DNA of 64,000 bases, from positions 267,308 to 331,307 of the forward strand of contig CAVTHK010000009.1 of assembly GCA_963734495.1 (NCBI GenBank). Direction: 5' to 3'. The notes beneath the pieces are model-generated. The model saw nothing but the letters and a program-made list of their open reading frames with translations. It had not been told where the DNA came from and searched no databases. Shown in pieces: positions 63,349 through 64,000 of this stretch. Origin of the DNA: an uncultured Spirochaetota bacterium (GTDB taxonomy: Bacteria > Spirochaetota > Spirochaetia > SZUA-6 > CAVTHK01). A program made the translations under genes and the position numbers. Each line of letters begins with the position of its first letter. Position 1 is the stretch's first letter.

Positions 63349-64000
63349 AGGCGTCGTCCGCGACCCCCTGTACCTCGAGCACAGGAACGCCGGGGCGCAT
63401 CCGGAGAGCCCGCGGCGCCTCGAGGCGATCCACGCGCTCCTCGACTCGCCCGCCATGGCGGGGCGTTTCGCGCCGATCGCGGCGCGCGACGCAACCGACG
63501 AGGAGATCCTCCGCGTGCACACCCGCGCGCACCTCGCCGCGATCGCCGACACGGCGAGCCGCGACATCACCTTTCTCGATACGGACACGCAGGCTTCCCG
63601 CCGTTCGTACGCGGCCGCGCGCCGGGCCGCGGGCGGCGCCTGCGCGGCCGTGGAGGCGGTGGTCCGGCGCGAGGTGGAGAACGCGTTCGCGCTGGTGCGG
63701 CCGCCGGGACATCACGCCGAGCCGGGCGCCGCCATGGGCTTCTGCCTCTTGAACAATGCGGCGATCGCGGCGCGCTTCGCCCGGGCCTCGCTCGGCATCG
63801 AGCGGGTGCTCATCGCGGACTGGGACGTGCATCACGGCAACGGCACTCAGGCCGCGTTCGAGGAGGACCCGTCGGTCCTGTACTTCAGCACGCACCAGTG
63901 GCCCCTCTACCCCGGAAGCGGGGCGCTCGAGGAGGCCGGCACGGGAGAGGGCGAGGGAGCGACGATCAACGTCCCGCTTCCGGCGGGCACGGGCGACGCC
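63349..64000 (+). CDS. Histone deacetylase / acetoin-utilization (HDAC class II-like) family protein, 3' end outside the window, start uncertain
   Basis: Frame 1 reads ..GVVRDPLYLEHRNAGAHPESPRRLEAI..RPPGHHAEPGAAMGFCLLNN..IADWDVHHGNGTQ..YFSTHQWPLYPGSG... No canonical start codon is in frame between 63241 and 63349. The listed ORFs 63204..63752(+) and 63245..63895(-) are off-frame shadows. Confidence 0.85.

Noticed and set aside
63204-63895. ORFs 63204..63752 (+) and 63245..63895 (-) as the gene at the window end
   Set aside because: Frame 1 on the plus strand gives unmistakable HDAC-family motifs (RPPGHHA, DWDVHHGNGTQ). The two listed ORFs are Ser/Arg/Pro-rich off-frame translations of the same DNA.

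Overview
This is a high-GC (roughly two-thirds G+C by eye) bacterial chromosomal segment. I can support about 60 protein-coding genes, most of them on the minus strand. I found no rRNA, tRNA, CRISPR array, transposase, integrase or phage gene.

The content is mainly transport and central or accessory metabolism:
- Three paralogous LplABC-type (CUT1) sugar ABC uptake loci without ATPase genes (299-7525 in tandem, and 59711-63255).
- An FAD oxidoreductase / Zn-ADH pair.
- A co-directional block: PTS-EIIA / pyruvate-kinase-C-like / diadenylate-cyclase fusion, then MATE, EamA and a lipid kinase.
- A TRAP transporter.
- A heterodimeric ABC exporter pair with one degenerate ATP site.
- A decaying peptide-type ABC operon.
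- An intact dhaK-dhaL-dhaM operon in which DhaM carries HPr and a full Enzyme I.
- An AraC / three aldo-keto-reductase / SDR cluster.
- A long minus-strand block containing rtcB-archease, an enolase-superfamily enzyme, a VOC protein and a second MATE pump.
- A 3'-truncated histone-deacetylase-family gene at the window end.

Signal-peptide proteins ending in aromatic residues suggest a diderm organism.

The dominant caveat is that at least 30 single-base frame disruptions interrupt otherwise well-conserved genes. Many sit in or next to short G/C runs. The sequence therefore looks like an unpolished or indel-prone assembly, or, less likely, a decaying genome. Many long ORFs in the six-frame track are high-GC shadow ORFs and were not called.

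The most interesting candidate is the EIIA-PK_C-DAC fusion, a possible PTS-controlled c-di-AMP synthase. I see no clear, complete novel multi-gene system.
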